A stretch of 64,000 bases of DNA, from the NCBI GenBank assembly GCA_040954595.2, contig CM082597.2, positions 9,517,778-9,581,777 of the forward strand, in the 5' to 3' direction. Positions 1-13,600 of the stretch are shown one piece after another; the stretch's first letter is position 1; every line of letters starts with the position of its first letter. Source of the stretch: Balanoglossus misakiensis. Taxonomy: Eukaryota > Animalia > Hemichordata. The notes below the pieces were generated by a model. The model saw nothing but the letters and a program-made list of their open reading frames with translations. It was not told the DNA's origin and ran no database searches. Both the position numbers and the translations under genes were made by a program.

Positions 1-126
1 TCGGGGGGGGGGGGGGGTGCAACCATGTGATTGTGATTGTGGTTTTCAAATTTTATCGGATATAAGAGTTAAACCACGTAACTGAGCTGACAACAGAAAG
101 TTGATTGGGAAATTACACATAAGGCC

Positions 127-692
127 TTGTAGCGGGAGGGCTGCGAACACACCAGTCAACCTAGCAGCACCTGCTACAATCTTTGCAGCTAATAACACAT
201 ATAGATGTATACTATACTGCATGTATTGCCAATCGGCCAAGCTAGTTTTTTGCTTTTACTTGGCAAATAAAGGTTTCAAAGACTGGTCAGCAAGTAATAA
301 TATTGAAAACTCATCTATGAGTCTGCAACCACCGACGGCTGTTTACAAATTACACAGGCAGTCTGTCAGTGCGGACCTGCATAGATGGCACTGTCACAGA
401 AATAGAAGAAGTCAAGAGAATCGCATTGGATACACATTTTGGAGACGGTTTTTGCTCGCTCACAAAAAGCCACATCGGCAGTATTCATAACATGCTATTC
501 TTTCTGCATCAGAACCAGATCCAAAGTGCCTTACAGTGCCGTTTCGGGTAGCTGCAGTTCAGTAGCTCGAGGTTTTGCCGTCTAACACAAAATCAAGGCA
601 AAACCTAGCTGCAATGATTGTAGCAGGTGCTGCTAGGTTGACTGGTGTGTTCGCAGCCGCTACAATCATTGCAGCTGTGCAAAACCTCGAGC
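127..692. mobile_element. Non-autonomous element with ~55-bp inverted repeats (139-191 and 606-658) and further nested inverted repeats
   Basis: ggctgcgaacacaccagtcaacctagcagcacctgctacaat and its reverse complement; the same repeat recurs at 23311-23407. Confidence 0.7.
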
Positions 693-1539
693 TGTGTAAC
701 CAGGCGAGAGCGAACGTTTCAACCACTGCCAAAATGGCCATACATGCTACATTTGCTTATGTCATTAAATATTTATATAAACTGGCGTTTTATGAGTCTG
801 GTGTTAAAATATGTGCATTTCAAAGTCTTTGTGCAATGTCACAAACACATAATCAAAATCGAAATTAACACTTCCTGTTCTGACATGTGCAGTGCAGTTG
901 TGTATGAGGAACGACAACATGGGAGCGAAGCCGTTTGAGATCATCGTGATCGAGCAATCTGACACATATTATTCGAATAAATGGCGCTCACTAGACCATA
1001 AACTAAACCAAAATCTTTACAAATAGTCACGTGAGGGGGAATACAATAAAATATACCTGACTTTGTCGTCAAGATACCTGCTATCCGCAAAAAAAGTCGA
1101 CGATTTACCACAACAGACAGATGAAAACAGGAAACCAGAATGACGCCGAAGGAAATGGTTGAAGTCATGTGACAGGATGTGTGTTGGGAGAATTAGTATC
1201 TAGATCTGGCTGGGGTCGTCAGAAATTGAAATTTTGGACTCGTTTAAATAAACGTCAGGCAAAACATGGCTCATTTCGGGAAAATAGTAGTGGAGCACAT
1301 ACATATATGCAGACAATTTTATCCTGTACTGAACAAAAATATATCCCTTTCTCAGTTTCTGTGTACACATGTATGCAGCGCGCATCATTTGTAGCTGTGC
1401 ATACATGGTATTACTTCAGTGCTTAAAAGAAAATAAGTATGAATTTCACAGTTGGCAACCTTTTGATTAAGACCTGAATTTTCACAAAATTGTATAAAAT
1501 TAAAGCGCAATTCGTGCAAAGCAGTAAAATCACAATCTC

Positions 1540-1642
1540 GTACAATCCCGTATATATACGCGAGACTACAAAGCCGCCATTTTGAAAAGGTGTTGATGGT
1601 TTTGTTGTGAATATTGGCCATGCGAGAGGAACTGGAACTGTC
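1540..1642 (+). promoter_or_regulatory. RBBP5 core promoter / 5'UTR
   Basis: CCGCCATTTT (YY1-type) at ~1575 and ACTACAA at ~1566, just upstream of the ATG; typical housekeeping-promoter motifs. Confidence 0.5.
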
Positions 1643-1661
1643 ATGAACCTCGCTCTATTAG
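1643..1661 (+). CDS. RBBP5: RBBP5 coding exon 1 (MNLALL)
   Basis: ATG at 1643; donor G|gtaaat. Confidence 0.9.
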
Positions 1662-4600
1662 GTAAATTTACGTCTTACTATTCATTTGTTGTGATGTTCC
1701 AAAATTAAGCAGTGGTATAACATGTTTTGTTGTTCTTTTTTATTTCAGAAAGTTTTGGCCAGAACTATCCAGAGGTGAGTCGACGATTGTTATTGTATTT
1801 TTATTTTGGCTGAGTGTATACGGAGACATTTCCTTCATCAGGAGAAACTCTTGTTATTGATATTGGGGACATGTTGAACATTGCTCCATGTAATTGTATA
1901 GCAGTCTGTCATAGCCGATCGTGACATTGGATTTTGAGGCATTCTTCCAATCGTGAGACATGCATTGCATTTGTAACTAAAGGGATGCAATGCAATGTCT
2001 ACAATGCAATGTTGATCATGTGCACTTACATGCAACTGATGATGGGGTGGTTCTATTAGTATTGGGGCCGTTTTTGCGGCTTGAGCGTCTTACAGCGGCT
2101 TGCGTGATGGCAATAGGGGTCATGGTGCAAGCCACTGCCTGACGTTTATGCCGCAGCGGCACAACCAACCAGGCCCTAAGGGCTACACAAGTATTTCAGC
2201 TACATAACTCAATGTGATGGCCCTGGCCTGACCTAAAGTCTGATGCAGGAGTTTTGTAAACAGCATGCCTAAAATAATACTAATAATAATAGTAGTGATT
2301 TCTTCTATAGCACATATCCATAATTGTTCTCAAGCCGTCAAGGTGCTTTACACTCATTACCCCTGATCATTGGACTATGGACTTAATTTAATTTAAAGGG
2401 GAAATCCGGCGTAGCTGATTTCTACCTAATTTGGTAGCTTTGAGGTCACTCTTTCAGAAAAAAACATATTCGCAGTGTATAAGTCGCGCGATTTTTTACA
2501 AAATCGAGGGAAAGTTGGCAGAATTTCCAATTTGGCGTTTACTGTAATTTGAATCATGGGAAAAAAGTGCCAGGACCAACTTCCGCCCACCATGGTGCGG
2601 GTGATACTATTTTCCGATTGGTGTCACTGCGTCACAGGCTAAGCGTATTTGTATATTTTTCATGGGTTATAGCTCATAAAAACTGTCAATAGATGAAACA
2701 TTTACAACTTTGCTGATGATTGTTTATCAACTGATGCAAAGAACAAACAATAGCTATGAAAATACGCTAGACCAGATTTCCCCTTTAATTCAACACGCTG
2801 GAGAGCAAACAACAACTCACATGGACTAGTTATATTCTGTGAAACAGTGAAACGACAAAACATGATGATACCATTATTAAAATAGGGGCCAGTCATCAAG
2901 ATGATGGCTTATGATTTCTCTAAGTAGGTGTCCAAATAAAAACGTAAGGGAGCCAAGAAAACTACTGCAGGACAGATAAATTATTTTCTCGGAAATTCAA
3001 TATTAGAATCAAACGCTCTTTGGCATTGGAAACAAACGGCGGGTCGCCAGTTCCTGGTCTGGGCACTTGTACTAGTGGTAGAGTCGTGTGCGCGCGCACG
3101 TATACACTGTGTATATGTAGCAGTATGGCATGAGTTTTTCTGAAAAAGTGGAGAAATATATGATAGAAACTAAATAGGTTTGTTGTATGTCAGCTCTACT
3201 GTCTTTCTCTTACCGATACGATTCTAACCGGAACACTGAGGCTTCGTATAGGGTAAGAGAAAGGCAGAAGAAGAAGAAAAAAGGCTGACCGACAACCTTT
3301 TCTATCAAATCCCTGAATAAATCAGTGTGGTCCAAGGAAAATCACAGCGAGTTTAGAACACAAACATTGAGTGCTAACATAATCGACCCATGCTGATGTT
3401 TCAAGTCGGACTCAACTCAGCGATTTTACAATGCTTGCCACTGAGACGGGTTTTAAGACTCTTGTGTTAAATCAGCATTATTATGTTGTCAAAAATGGAA
3501 TTCTAGTCTGGAATTGTATGATTTCCCAACAATAGTTTCTCTTGTAATACTGAATGAAACTGGATTAACCACAGGTCTGGGTTTCAACTTGCCTATTTCA
3601 AATAATGTAGGTTATTACAATACAAGCTCAAATGTTGCCAGTAAAGTTTTTTTTAAAGCAGTAGAATCCAGTGGGAACTAATTGTTGGATGGGAAAATTG
3701 ATGTACACTGTCATCCTTGTTGGTCCACATTGCCGATTATAAACTAGTCTGGTATCTGGCCGTATACGGCTAGATTCTAGACTAATTATAAACAGGAGCT
3801 TGTCTACCATTTGGTGGTGGATTTGCTTCTCAGGCATTGGGCCTGTCTTCTTTCTTATTGCTGAACTGGTGTCTGGATTTTCTTTTCTTTTTTTCTGCCA
3901 ACTTTTGCTTGCGATTACTGCTTAGCTATCACTTCACCTTTGTTCTCCATGCTATGATTGTTCACAACATCTAAAGAGATAAAGGTACACTCTGTCTCAT
4001 TTTAACTTTAATGCTACTGGGTGTCAAACCTGCTTGAGTGTCAAGTCCTTAAGGCCAGGAAGAAAAAATTAATTGTTCATCGGAATCGCCGCTTCTACTG
4101 TTGCTGATTTGGAATTTTTTTTTTTTTTGGATCTCGGCAAATTCTACTTCCACGTTTAATACAAAATTCTTAGTACTGCCGCTGGTGGCCAGAATATGTT
4201 GTGCAAACACCAACTGTAAATGTAATGGCCTATGTTATTGTTGGGAAATATAGTATTGAATTCAGTTACAAGTACATGTATCAGTGTTTTTGTCTGAGAT
4301 ATTTCTGGTAAAAAGGGAAACAATTATCTCGCCTTGTCTGCATCTGTGCAAATATGTCAGAGAACCGCATTTACCTTCAGCCTAAAAAAAAAAAAAAAAA
4401 ATATTCACTCGTCGCTCCTGGAACTTGGTCCAAAAAATTCGATGAACAATTTATTTTTTCTTCCTGGCTTAAAGTACGTATTTGGCCCCTTTTTCTTCAA
4501 AAATGCATTTTGAATGTCTTGACATGGCTCGCATACGTACTTAGACACACTTGGCAGTCTGAGCCCCCCTAAAAATGTACCAAATCGCACTGGTTTGTAC

Positions 4601-7600
4601 TGTATTGGTCTGAGGGTCTTGTATAGACCCTACTGATTAACACGCACTTGACAGTCTAACAGGACTGGGAGCCAGGATTCTAGGCACCCTGGAAATCAAA
4701 CCAGTTTCAACGGACTTGGCAGCGTTAGGGTAAAAGTGTCTGTGCCATGTCCATACCCTCAACACGTAAAATCACTCTTTGGGTGGTGAAGTCGAGGTTT
4801 TTGTGTCTAGAATCTCATAATCACCCAAAATGGTTTGATAATCAGGTGTCTGATTGATTATTGTATGTTACTAGGAGAGTGATGGAACCCTGGATTGCAT
4901 CAGTATGGCAATTACATGTGCATTTAATAAACGAGGAACACTGTTAGCTGTGGGGTGCAATGATGGAAGAATTGTATTGTGGGATTTCCTGACCAGAGGG
5001 ATTGCTAAAATTATCAGTGCTCATGTCCATCCAGTATGCTCACTAAGGTAAGCAATTTACTCCTTAGGAAATTCCAAGAGAATGAACTAATGTGTCATGG
5101 TAATACATTATTGACACTGATACCTAAGCAAGGGAACACAACCACTGGAAGATGTTTCCAGTCATACTTCATGATTATTCATGTTACTTCATGTTCTGTT
5201 GGTAATCAATCTCTCCTATTATTTAATAAAAGAACATTTGAATAAATCACTCTTATAAGTAAATGTACTTGTAATACATACAATGATATATACTGCTTTT
5301 TTCATGGCATTACTCTTTACACCATAAGCAGCTTCTATTTGATTACACTTTAACCCTCAGTGTATTGATGCTGCTGTCGACCTCCATTGTGAAGTCAACT
5401 GTAACCACATTTGACTTTATTTTTGTTATTGGTGGTTGTACTTGTAGCTGGAGTCGAAATGGTCACAAGTTACTTAGTGCATCAACAGACAACATGGTGT
5501 GTATATGGGACGTGATTACTGGAGAGTGTGATCAGAGATATCGATTTCCTTCACCTGTACTCAAAGTGCAGTTCAGTCCTAGAAATCAGTAAGTCGAACT
5601 CTTGACATTGTTGATCGTCTGCTACATCAAATCTAGATAAATATAATCAGAACCTACTTCATTTCTTTAACAACACCCTCATCACTGTACACCCAATGTG
5701 TGTTATGGTGCCCCTACCTGATTTTTTTAGGTATCACAATGAATCAAGCTGAATTTGGATAAATACTTGTGATGTCTATGTTTAGTTTTGTTCAATAGAA
5801 TACAATTGTTATGAATTAAAACCTCGGGTATTCATATCATCGCCCAGGTTACACTGTTAAAGTCAGCAGAGCTCTTTTGACCGACAGGTCACTTGTTTTT
5901 TGGAAAGGTTCACACACCCTTGTAACAGAGATAAGGGTGTTTGTACACTTGTGTAACTGGGCTTCTCAAACTTCTACTACAGAGGTGGGGGGGGGGGATA
6001 GAGCTGGTACTGGATGTGATAGACATAGGGGCTGCTACGGACCTGTCTTTTACATCCATGCAACAGCCAAATTTTTATGTCTGCGTAACAGTACATTTGG
6101 TACATAGCTGTGTTACAGCCAGTATTTTGCCATGGCTATCACATGTACTTTAGTCCAGGCTGGAAGATGTTGTGTAGCTCATAGGTCTGGTATATATGTA
6201 CATCCTTGTCTGTGTATTTCCTTGTCGTATTTTTAGCAGTCGAAAACATGGGTGGAATTCATTTTTATCAGTGAAGCCAGATATTGACTGCAAATTACAA
6301 TTTTTTCAGGAAAATGTTGTTAGTGTGTCCCATGAAACAAGCACCAGTTGTTGTTGATCAGAATGGAAGCTACAATGTACTACCCTTAGATGATGATGTA
6401 AGTACCTTAACCCTAATGCTACTGGGTGTCATATCTGTTTAGAGTGTCAAGTCCCTTAAAATACGTATTTGCCACTTTTTCTTCTAAAACGTATTTTGAC
6501 TGTCTTGACATGGCTCTCATACGTACTTAGACACACTTTTCTGCGTACACATTACCAGTACACTTGAGAAATGCTTTGTTTGCCAAAGTTTTACCTACAT
6601 GTATTTCCAAGTTTGGGCCACATGGTAACCCATACACTGTCACATTGAAGCTTGGATCACTTTCATTTGGGACACAATCTTTTCCTTGGCTGCATCAAAA
6701 ACATGCCATGAAAATGCTGTAGGGCAACCTGAGATATGTTCAACTGCTCTGATTTCTACCATTGAATGTCCCATTGCTTTTTTATCCACAGAGATTCATA
6801 CATGTAAGTGACCAATTTACAATTGACACGAGTGCTTACCTGCTGCAGTATGATAAACAAAACAGTTTTTCTTCCAAAAAGGAAAACACTTTCCTCCATA
6901 ACCTCTAGCTACCTACCTAAAAGGTATTGGTGGTTAATTGACAGAGGTCACAGTCATAAAGGTATCTGCATGTGACCGATTCAACACCAGAGGGCGCAGT
7001 ATATGAACTATTCCATATGAAATGCAGCTCCACAGACAAGACAACTGGCATGCAGATAAAGGTGTTTTGCTTTTCAGGAGAAACGCAACTTTATTTATCA
7101 TATTGTAACAGGAACACACTGAACTGTGAACCTTAGTTGACCGCTTATGAAACCCTGTAATTCGTCGCTGTGCCTTGCTAATTTTTGTCTTTTTGTCAAC
7201 ATAGTCTGATATGAACATAGTGGCAGCGTTTGATAGAAGAGGTGAACACATCTACATGGGCAATGCCAAGGGAAAGGTAAACTTCTTGAAATTCACTGTG
7301 TCTCTGCCGGTGTCTGTGCTTATTATTACAATGCTAAGACGCTGAATACTGTAAAATGGGTATTTTTAGCTAGTATACTTTAACTTCTGTAAAACACTTT
7401 ATTTTCGCGAGCAATAAATTTTCGCCAAATACGCGAGAGCCAAAATAGCGTGAAAATAAAAAGTCGCGTAAAATGTTTTTGAAGATAACGATGCAGTGAA
7501 TGAAATAAGAGAACACGAAAATTAATACTTGCGAAACAGTGGCCTCTCTCGATATCGCGAAAATTTCAACTCGCGAAAATAAAGTGTTTTACAGTAACAA

Positions 7601-10600
7601 GTGTGTTTGGTGATTTAAAATGCTGCTATTGTTCTCATAATCCAATCTGGCAGCTAGTAAAAACATTCCATTTTTGTGCCAGACTATGTCATTCTATCCA
7701 CTACTTTAATTGTTGTTTATTCTGACCTAGTAACATTTTGTCCAATAAAAAGTATGTGTAATGACAATCTGTCTTGAATGTTAATGTCAATGACAAAAGT
7801 ATTGGTATATATTTTGTAGATCTGTGTGATTGAGACCAAGACATTGGAATTAGTAGCTTCATTCCGTGTGACTACGGGTACTAGTAACACCACTGCAATC
7901 AAATCCATAGAGTTTGCGAGGAGGGGAAAGTAAGTACACACAAAACATCTGCTAGAATAGACCAAGATAGTGCAGACCTAGTCTCGGTTACCCAGACCCA
8001 TCTGCCTCTTCTGCATGATGGTTGCACCCTTAAACATAAAAAAAAACATGCTGAGAAGTGCTAGACCTGCTAAAATTGTCTACAAATTGAAAAGAGAGAG
8101 AGAAGTTTGGTAAATAGTCTTCTAATATCGTCATATCATAATATCAAATGTTATAAATGTCGACCATCATGCATCCCTTTTGTCTCAAGTCGGCCATCTT
8201 TGCCCGGAGATTCGTCTATGGTGTTTCCCCAGACCCTCTTTTTGGAGTGCCCAACGGAAGAAGCAGAGGGCTCTGGTTAACCAAGACTAGTGCTGACCAA
8301 GATAACCTCTCCTGAAGTTAGTGCAAAGTCTTGGCTAACCCATTCTGAATGCTATAATGGAGACATTTTGCATAAGCCAGGTGTTACTGTTAGATTATTC
8401 TCATGCCAAAATCTGTTCTAAGAAAGCTTTTTCATGTGATTCATGTGGTACTGACAGACTTGTAACATTGAGATTGCTACCAGTCAAGAAGGAAGGCTAG
8501 TCAGATATTTGATCCTGGTCTGATTTGTTACCTGTGTGAAATCTGCCTACATGTTACTTTACTTCTTAGCACCACTGTCAGATACAGGTGTAAGAATATT
8601 CCTTTGTCCATTCCTCAGCAATTGATCACCTCTCAGAAACCACTGTTCATACAACATTGCTATTCAGTTTACTACAGGTCCTTAGATTGGATAAATTAAA
8701 ATTATGATAAATCTGCAATGTTGCATTTTGGGGTAATTTTGCTATTTTTGCAATATAAAATTCTCAGCATCAACTTGTCTGATTGCTTTGTACAGTTGTA
8801 ATAGGATGACATTTTAGCTTCATTTTGTTATATCTGTATACAGCAATAAAGGTGTTTGTATAGGCTGAAATCATATTGAACACCTATTGCCTGGCCATGA
8901 GGGCCATAGCGGCCGTTTATTACACCCGAGGGGCTGTGAGTTACCAGAATCACATGCTATTTCCCGTAGGCCGAGGGAAATAGCATATGATTCTGGTAAC
9001 TCACAGTCACGAGGGGGTGAAAACGGCTGCTATGGCCCGAATATAGGCCAGGCTATAGGTGTTTTATAATAAACCTCATGCTAACAGTTGGGAAAATCTT
9101 GCAATTTTCTCTTGAGGCTGGCAGACGACATCTTCAGCGGTGGCCATTGTGTCAGACAACGCGACGCTGATTGACGTGACCACGTTGGTCACGTGACCGG
9201 TTTATATTTTTTCTGCTATTTCCCTAGCGGTTCATAGTCGATTCTATTTTCCTATCACGTGACGGATTCTGGCGAATCACGACACAGTATTAGCATGAGG
9301 TATATTATAAAGAAAACTATTGTGTTTGAGTACACTGCAACAAGAACTACAGCAATGTCAGCTACCGTTCTTGGGTCTATGTAAGGAGCATGTTAGGCTA
9401 GGCACAGTGACCTACATGCACACCTGCCGCATGTCCATGTATAATTCTTGTATGGGGATTCTTTACTATCAATCACGTGATCTGGTCATGTGACCCACGG
9501 CTTTGTCATTTCCAGGTGACGGGCAAGCAATATTTCGGCATCCAGTGAAAGTTTTTCCGAGTTTGTTATTTCTTTAGAACCGCAGACAGGTAACATGTAT
9601 CAGGCATGGTGCCTCATCAGCCTCACAGCATTTTGTCTGCACAGACTTTGTCTGCACCACATTGCTGAAGTTGCCTGTCATCTGAAAATTTAAATGCCAA
9701 CGTAACTATAACTGAGCACATCTGACGTCATGTGATATCGAAGAATAGCCTGTTTCCTAGATAACAGAGAAAGTATAAAATGTAAGTGCCAAACCCTTTT
9801 GTGGTGACCTTTGACCTGTATACATCTCTCTTCAGTTGTTTCCTGGTGAACTCAGCCGATCGAATCATCCGTGTCTATGAAGGTGGTGAAGTTCTTGCCT
9901 GTGGTAAAGATGGAGAACCTGAACCAATACAGAAATTACAAGATTTAGTGAATAGGACACCATGGAAAAAATGCTGCTTTTCAGGAGATGGTGAATATAT
10001 TGTGGCAGGTAACTGATGTTTGTAACATATGTTGTTGGTTTCCTGTGCTATGATTGATTGAACATTGTCATAAGGTCCATTTTGTGCTTATACATGATTT
10101 AAGAATGTTATATGTTTATAATAATAATAATAATAATAATATTGATTTCTTATATAGCGCAGTACATAGTACATCTCAATGCGCTTGACAGTTTCTTCCC
10201 CCCCCCCCCCCATGACCTAATTATTCCATTCAACTCCCTGAGGAGCAAACAACAGCTCACATGTACAGCCGTTATATCAGCGCAGCAGAGCTAAACATAC
10301 ACACGTAGCAATCTCTGTCCTACCAGGTACCCATTACTCCTGAGTGGGGAGAAGTAAAGTGCCTTGCCAAAGGACACAACTCTACAGCCATAAAAACAGC
10401 AGTAAAATCTGATCCTTAAGCCATCAATTTCTGCTTCCATTTGTAGGCTCAGCAAGACAGCATGCACTGTATATCTGGGAGAAAGGCATTGGTAACTTGG
10501 TGAAGATACTTCATGGTACAAGGGGAGAATTGCTGCTAGATGTTGTGTGGCATCCAGTGCGACCAATCATAGCATCCGTATCAAGTGGTGTTGTCTCAGT

Positions 10601-13600
10601 ATGGGCGCAGAATCAAGTGGTGAGTACTCTTCCAGAGGGACATTCACAAAGTCTCCACAGTCTACAATTGATGGTTCTGGGCATTAGGAATTTACATGTA
10701 CATAATGCAATGTTTTTGGTGAAGGCACAAGTTTCATGGTTCTTGCATTTAACCCTAATGCTACTGGGTGTCATATCTGTTAAGAGTGTCAAGTCCCTTA
10801 AAATATGTATTTGCCACTTTTCCTTTTAAAACGTATCATACGTACTTAGACACAATTGGCAGTCTGAGCCCCCTCGAAAAATGTACCAAATCGTACTGGT
10901 TTGCACTGGTTTGGTTTGAGGGTCTTGTATAGGCCCTACTGAATAACACACACTTGGCAGTCTAACGGGCCTGGGAGCCAGGATTCTAGGCACCCTGGAA
11001 ATCAAACCAGTTTCAACTGACTTGGCAGCGTTAGGGTTAATGCATAGCAACACATCTTATATTCAAGACTAATATTTCGTCTTGTTCATTGCAGGAAAAT
11101 TGGAGTGCATTTGCCCCGGATTTCAAAGAATTAGACGAGAACGTTGAATATGAAGAAAAGGAGAATGAATTTGACATTGAGGATGAAGACAAATCAGTTG
11201 AAGATCCAATTGGTGAGATGTTTAGTTGCTTCTTCACAGTTTTTCTTGTCCTGTTTGAATCTTTGTTTTCTTGATCTGTATGGTTTTTTTTTCTGTTTTG
11301 AAATTACTGTTTTTATCTTGTCAAAAAGTCTATAATCAGAGGTGTAGCTAAGCGGAATATTAGTTGGCAATATTTCATGTATGTGGTGGAATGGGAAGGG
11401 ATGGCAAACCGTAGTAGCCAGTTGCTTTTGCCAGCTGCTGCATATTATCTACTTTCCTGCTACAATGGGATATATCTTTCCGATTGCTTCTGTTGTGGAA
11501 AATGTGTCACTTTTTTCACGACTCGGGACTAGCGTAGCAATTCTCACTCCAGACAGTGACATAATTGGGTACATATAAAGTTGGGTGATTCAATTGAACA
11601 GTGAGAGCAAGAAGCTCGGGTGATACTTCAAACAAAAAGTGCCAACAAATTCTACTGAATGAGGAAGGGTTGTCTGAACACCATAAATGCAGCTGTTCTG
11701 TGTATAAACATACCATGAGCATTGTTCCCATTTGTTCAGTGAAACCCTGCCAACCAATACGTGTCATAAGTTACTTGGTGATGCAAAGTAATGATGAAAT
11801 GTTCGCCATGATGTTCAGTGTAATGCAAAGTAACAACCATATTGTTTGCAATGATGTAAAATTGTAGCAGATGGACAGTACCAGCTAATGATCATAAGTA
11901 GTGTCACACTATTCATATTCATATTATATTCATTTAATGTCAACTCTGATAGATTCCAACACACTGGAAGATGAAGAAGTAGATGTTACAAGTGTGGACC
12001 CAATTGCTGCATTCATGAGCAGGTCTGATAATAGAGTTTATTGAACCTAACACGCACCGTTTGATTTTTAAAAACAGCTGTCTATTGGTTATTATTAATT
12101 TACATGTACTAGATCATGTTTATTACATTGTTCCTACATTTACCCAGATGGCTGTAACCATTAGTGAATTGGTGGCAACATCTTACAGACTAGAAGAACA
12201 ACTTATAGAACAAAATGTCACCAATGAAACAAATATTTCCTTATGTGATATAAGTGTATTATAAAAATTACGTTCCAGACATCTGTTGTTTCATTTATTG
12301 TCTCAGCCTGTAAGATCCTTCTTTTATCAATAATTTCAACTAAATTAAGGAACACAGTAACAAACACGATCTTGTAAATAATCAATGTGTAACTGCATCT
12401 CAACATCAATTGTTTTTCACAAAAGCTGTAATTATGCCAGCTCTGATTCAGGCACTTTACGTGTAAGTGAGGACGCAGATGAAATCTAACACCCAGAGAG
12501 GATCTTTCAGCCATGGTCAGGTCATGTGAATTATGCTGATGTTCTCTCTTGTCAATGATGAATTGGACTGGCAGTCACAAGTTAATACAGTTGTACCTTT
12601 AATTAAAAAAAAAAATTGTGCCACATGCATTTATGGATACTAGTATTCAGATTCACAAGTTACAACAGCAGACAATATTGACTTGTATCAGTATTAACAA
12701 TTATCATACATGCAACGCCTGTATTTAACACTTTCTATTGTTCTCGCCCCGAAGATATTATACGGTATTTCACAATGTGAAAATATCGCGTCCGTGTCTC
12801 GGCGCGACAGTTCGCTGCGCACGCGAGTGACACACGGGGCATAGGACTCTAGTGGAGAGGGGTGTTGTAAAATTCGGTTATTAGAAGCTGTAATAAAGTT
12901 TTCAAAGCTGGCGGTTTTGTCATGTTGAATGCATCATTTTTAGTTCTTCGAAATTCTCAATGCAAAATAATTGTTAACATGATATTTTGAAAAAGAACGT
13001 AGACAATTTTATTTAGAATGCGGATGTGCCCATCGTAATGAAAGCTGCCAACCCCCTTAAAATGATACTACGGCCCACACGTCATACGTCACAACATGGC
13101 TACTGCCGTGATCCCAGGGCGCCCGGTTCAAATTTGAAATTGTTTTTCTCGGCGCATTTTCGCAAATCGCACTGTTTTATAGGTAGGCATGTATGATAAA
13201 GGGGTTATTACACTAATTTTGGTCGATAACGCGACGCATTCTCGTGATGTCTGTATTTTGACTCGTTGCGAAGCGCAACTCGTCAAAATACGGACATCAC
13301 TCGAATACGACGCGTTATCGACCAAAATTCGTGTAATAACCCCTAAACATTACACTAATATCGTTTTGACCATCTCGCAATGTTTACTGACTGATCTCTG
13401 CTCATGATAAAGGTAGAACGCCTGTCAGGACAGATTTTTCTCCAGACCTTTCAAAAATGTGGTATATTGAAGTAAAAATATTGATAGTGATGAATATCAA
13501 GTGGGTCAGTCCAACCACAGTCCATCTGTGGAATTTGCAGCTGGTGCTTGTAGATAATGTATTCATGAGGTGTGAAAAGTATTTGACAAGACCCAGCCTC

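Noticed and set aside
46-868. ORFs sharing AANTPVNLAAPATI / IVAGAARLTGVF peptides
   Set aside because: These are translations of the inverted repeat, not a protein family.
11770-12580. TGATGA motifs as intronic C/D-box snoRNAs
   Set aside because: No properly spaced CTGA with a terminal stem, and no guide complementarity identifiable by eye.
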